Origin: Mobula birostris
Taxonomy: Eukaryota
Reading direction: 5' to 3'
DNA: 64,000 nucleotides
Assembly: GCF_030028105.1 (NCBI RefSeq)
Contig: NC_092390.1
Coordinates: 39,848,777-39,912,776, forward strand
Shown: piece after piece, positions 61,255 through 64,000 of the stretch
How the letters are laid out: each line of letters opens with the position of its first letter
Numbering within the stretch: position 1 is the stretch's first letter
Position numbers and translations under genes: made by a program
The notes under the pieces: model-generated
What the model was told of the DNA's origin: nothing
What the model saw: only the letters and a program-made list of their open reading frames with translations
The model's database searches: none

Positions 61255-62170
61255 GCACATTATAGAATGTAGAACAATACAGTACAGGAAGAGACCCTAG
61301 TCTGTGCCAATCATGATGCTAATTTAAACTAATGCCATTTACATGGCCCATGGCCCATATTCTTTTATCCCCTGCCCATTCATGTGATTCTCTATATGCC
61401 TCTTAAATGTTGTTTTCATATGTGCTTCCATTGCCTCCTCTGGCATCATGTTCCAGGTGCCTACCCTTCTTGTTATTTAAAACATCTTGCCCACACTTCT
61501 CTTTTAAACTTTCCCCCTCTCCCCTTATGTCTGTGCCTCTTAATATTTGACATTACCACCTGGGGAAAAGAGCCTGACTACAGATTTTGTCTACTCCCCC
61601 TTGTAATTTTATATACTTCTGTCAGGTTGTCCGCCAGTTTTTGACACTCCAGAGAAAGGAAGCAATCCAAGATTGCCCAATCTCTCCTTGTAGCTAATAC
61701 TCTCTAATCCAGGCAACATCATGGCTAATCTTTCTCCTAATGAGTCAAGTAGAACTGCACACAGTACTCTAAATGTGGACTAATCAAAGTTTATTAAAGT
61801 TGCAACATGACTTGTCAATGCTGTGAGTCAAGTAAGTCTACTGAGATGCCAGCAAGTATGCCTTCTTTCCTAGCCTTTCACTTGTGCTGCCAGTTTGATG
61901 GACTTGCACAACTTGATCCCTCTGTGCACCATTACTCTCAGTAATGGTGTATGCTGAGTACACCATTACTCTTCAGGGTCCTGCCATTTACTGTATACTT
62001 TCCCCTTACATTTGACTCCCAAAATGCAAATCCTCACTCGTCTGAATTAACTCAATCTGCCATTTCTCTGTCCATGTTTCCAACTGATTCATATCTTGTT
62101 GTATCCTTTATCACATCTTTGAATCTTTTCCTCTGTTTGCCAAATAACTACTTTCCATGGCTCTGTCTTA
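61255..62170 (-). mobile_element. Old CR1 3' fragment
   Basis: TAGAATGTAGAACAATACAGTACAGGAAGAG tail orientation. AACTGCACACAGTACTCTAAATGTGGACTAA is the reverse complement of an LVxPHLEYCVQF-type segment. Confidence 0.65.
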
Positions 62171-62298
62171 TAAGATAATTGGTGACTGACAAGCATGTAA
62201 GACTGTCTGATGCTGTATGCTTTGTATTGTCTGAGTAGTAATTTTGCTAATTAATTGGCCGTAATAATGCAGTTTTTCAGTTTTGTGTTGGTACATAT

Positions 62299-62675
62299 TG
62301 TTCATTCATTATATGCCATGTCGTATGATGTGGGCGATCATGGTCTTCGTATGACCACGATTGCTCTGGGCAGATTTTTCTACACAAGTGATTTGCTATT
62401 GCCTCCTTCTGGGCTGTGTCTTTACAAGGTGGGTGACCCCAGCCATGATCGATACTCTTTAGGGATTGTCTTCATGGCGTCAATGGCTGCATAACTTGTG
62501 ATATGCACCAGCTGCTTCTACGAACATCCACCCCCTGCTTGCATGGCTTATTGTGACCCTTATCAGGGGGCTAAGCAGGTGTTACACCTGGCCCAAGGGT
62601 GACCTGCCAGTTGGCAGAGGGAAGGAGTGCCTTACTTACACCTCCTTTGGTAGAGATGTACCTCCACCCCACCAC
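62299..62675 (-). mobile_element. Non-coding RTE-type SINE-like element
   Basis: Minus strand runs from GGGGTGGAGGTACATCTCTACCAAAGGAGGTGTAAG to GACCATGATCGCCCACATCATACGACATGGCATATAATGAATGAA. Family assignment is from recalled RTE-associated termini, not from a search. Confidence 0.5.
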
Positions 62676-63089
62676 CTGGAAACCTATTGATTATACAGCA
62701 AATTCTCCATATTACTAAATAATATTCTCTGTTCTTTGCATACAGCTGGTTATTATTTATATTTTTTAATCTAAGAAGTTTAATATAAGAAATACTATTT
62801 GTGGTAAAAGAAAAAGTCTTTTAGCTCAACAAATTTGTCTTTCAAGTAAATACATCAGTTTGCTGTTTCACTAACTCTGCCCATTTTTTTTGTCCACTAA
62901 GAAATTAAATGAAATATAATAAACCCATAAGAAAACAAATCGCGGTAAAATTTCAAGTGCTGTCTTTACTCAAATGAATGGGTAGGAATACCAATTATTT
63001 TCAATGAAACTGTCTTTGAAATAGCCACAGTGACCTTAACATGTTAGGATCTTTCTGTATTTTCTGTGGTAGATCAACACTAGATATTT

Positions 63090-63700
63090 TCATCATTGGG
63101 TCAGAACTGTTATTACCAATGGTGGTTCCATCCTATGCTTTCCTTCAGACCACAGCACTGTTATGTCCCAAGGTACCTGTATGTGTATCCAGAACAGTTC
63201 AAGAGGTGAGTGGGGAACATTCATGAAGTCTCCACGCAGAGGATGGTCTGTGTAGCTTTCCATGGAAAAAGTACCCTCTCAATGCAGCTGCACCATAAAT
63301 ACCCGGGGAGAAATGTTAGACAGCATTTGTTCAGGGCTCCAGGGAGAGCATTACTTGCAGAACCTAGCTGGACATCCAGTATTTACATCTCAGAGAGGTG
63401 ATTGTTGCAGAGACCATTGCCAAGTCGTGGAGTTCTCCCACTGCCTTACCTATTATTACTGGTACTCTAAACTCAAATAGTCAGATTGGCTGGCTATTTT
63501 TAAATACGGACAGAAGCCACGGCTGATCTGAAAACTCATTTTGCATGCCAGGGGATTCTAAATGAGATTATTTCAGACAATTGTTGACTATTTAACTGGA
63601 GGGAATTGCAGTGGCTTGCGTGACAACATAAGTTATGTTCCTTCCTTTCAGTGTATTTACAATGAAACAGCAAAGCAGAGAATGCAGCAATTGCAAAGCG
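63090..63700 (+). mobile_element. Ancient Gypsy pol relic (integrase zinc-binding region and core)
   Basis: Across frameshifts: RGEMLDSICSGLQG (cf. R.EML..IH.GHQG), LLQRPLPSRG (cf. L.PHPVPSRPW), YYWYSK (cf. DYYSK), ADLKTHFACQGILNEIISDN (cf. LK..FARHGIP.EIISDNG). Confidence 0.7.
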
Positions 63701-63769
63701 AGTCCAGGAAAGTGCATGTATATAGCACAGTACCTCAGTCTTCCCGGCTGCAACTACAACCTAAAGCAA

Positions 63770-64000
63770 ATTGTAATTCCATTGTTTTCCATTCTATGTT
63801 AATGTACAATTCTGTGCAAAAGTCTCAGGTACATATATAAAGCTAGAGTAAGACTTTTGCACAGTACTGCAGTAATTTTATGCATTGAACTGTAATGCTG
63901 CCACAAAAAAATATCTAATTTCATAACATACGTGAGTGAAGATAAACCTGTTTCTGATATGGGTTTCTGTTGTGGGCTGAGAATGGGAAGGGGGCAGGGA
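63770..64000 (-). mobile_element. Rex1/Babar-type 3' terminus
   Basis: TGCATTGAACTGTAATGCTGCCACAAAAAA...AATTTCATAACATACGTGAGTGAAGATAAACCTG. This segment reads in plus-strand terminal orientation and the strand call is uncertain. Confidence 0.45.
63807..63869. mobile_element. Palindromic Tc1-like mini-element (63 bp)
   Basis: TA|CAATTCTGTGCAAAAGTCT...AGACTTTTGCACAGTACTG|CA, 17/19 TIR identity. Confidence 0.7.

Noticed and set aside
63073-63205. Apparent plus-strand exon ending in a strong GAG|GTGAGT donor (PQHCYVPRYLYVYPEQFK loosely recalled a DOCK C2 segment)
   Set aside because: The surrounding frames are better explained as a continuous Gypsy pol relic.
1-64000. A novel multi-gene or prokaryote-type system
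   Set aside because: There is no operon-like structure and no intact non-transposon ORF; all substantial coding signal maps to known transposon classes.

Overview
AT-rich vertebrate genomic DNA. The repeat content (CR1 LINEs with (TTCTATGT)n or (TCTTATGG)n tails, abundant Penelope-like elements, Rex1/Babar LINEs, tRNA-derived SINEs) suggests a cartilaginous fish, probably a ray; this is inferred from recognised repeat families, not from a search. I could not recognise any host protein-coding exon. The window looks like intron or intergenic sequence, roughly half transposon-derived, with a 281-N assembly gap at 17981-18261. Almost every ORF in the supplied track is a transposon fragment, the antisense shadow of one, or a gap artefact. 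The clearest structure lies in the mobile elements: (1) many Penelope-like (PLE) ends carrying a minimal type I hammerhead-ribozyme motif, several of them fold-back insertions bounded by 9-14 bp target-site duplications (TSDs); (2) a 5'-truncated Vingi-type LINE with a 12-bp TSD; (3) a 1.1-kb Helitron with canonical termini; (4) a near full-length CR1 with 110-bp promoter-like 5' monomers; (5) hAT, Tigger and Tc1-type non-autonomous DNA transposons; (6) Gypsy relics; (7) a young SINE with a perfect TSD. These are mostly new instances of known element classes. I found no evidence here for a novel multi-gene system. Coordinates of decayed repeats are approximate; TSD-defined ends were read directly from the sequence.
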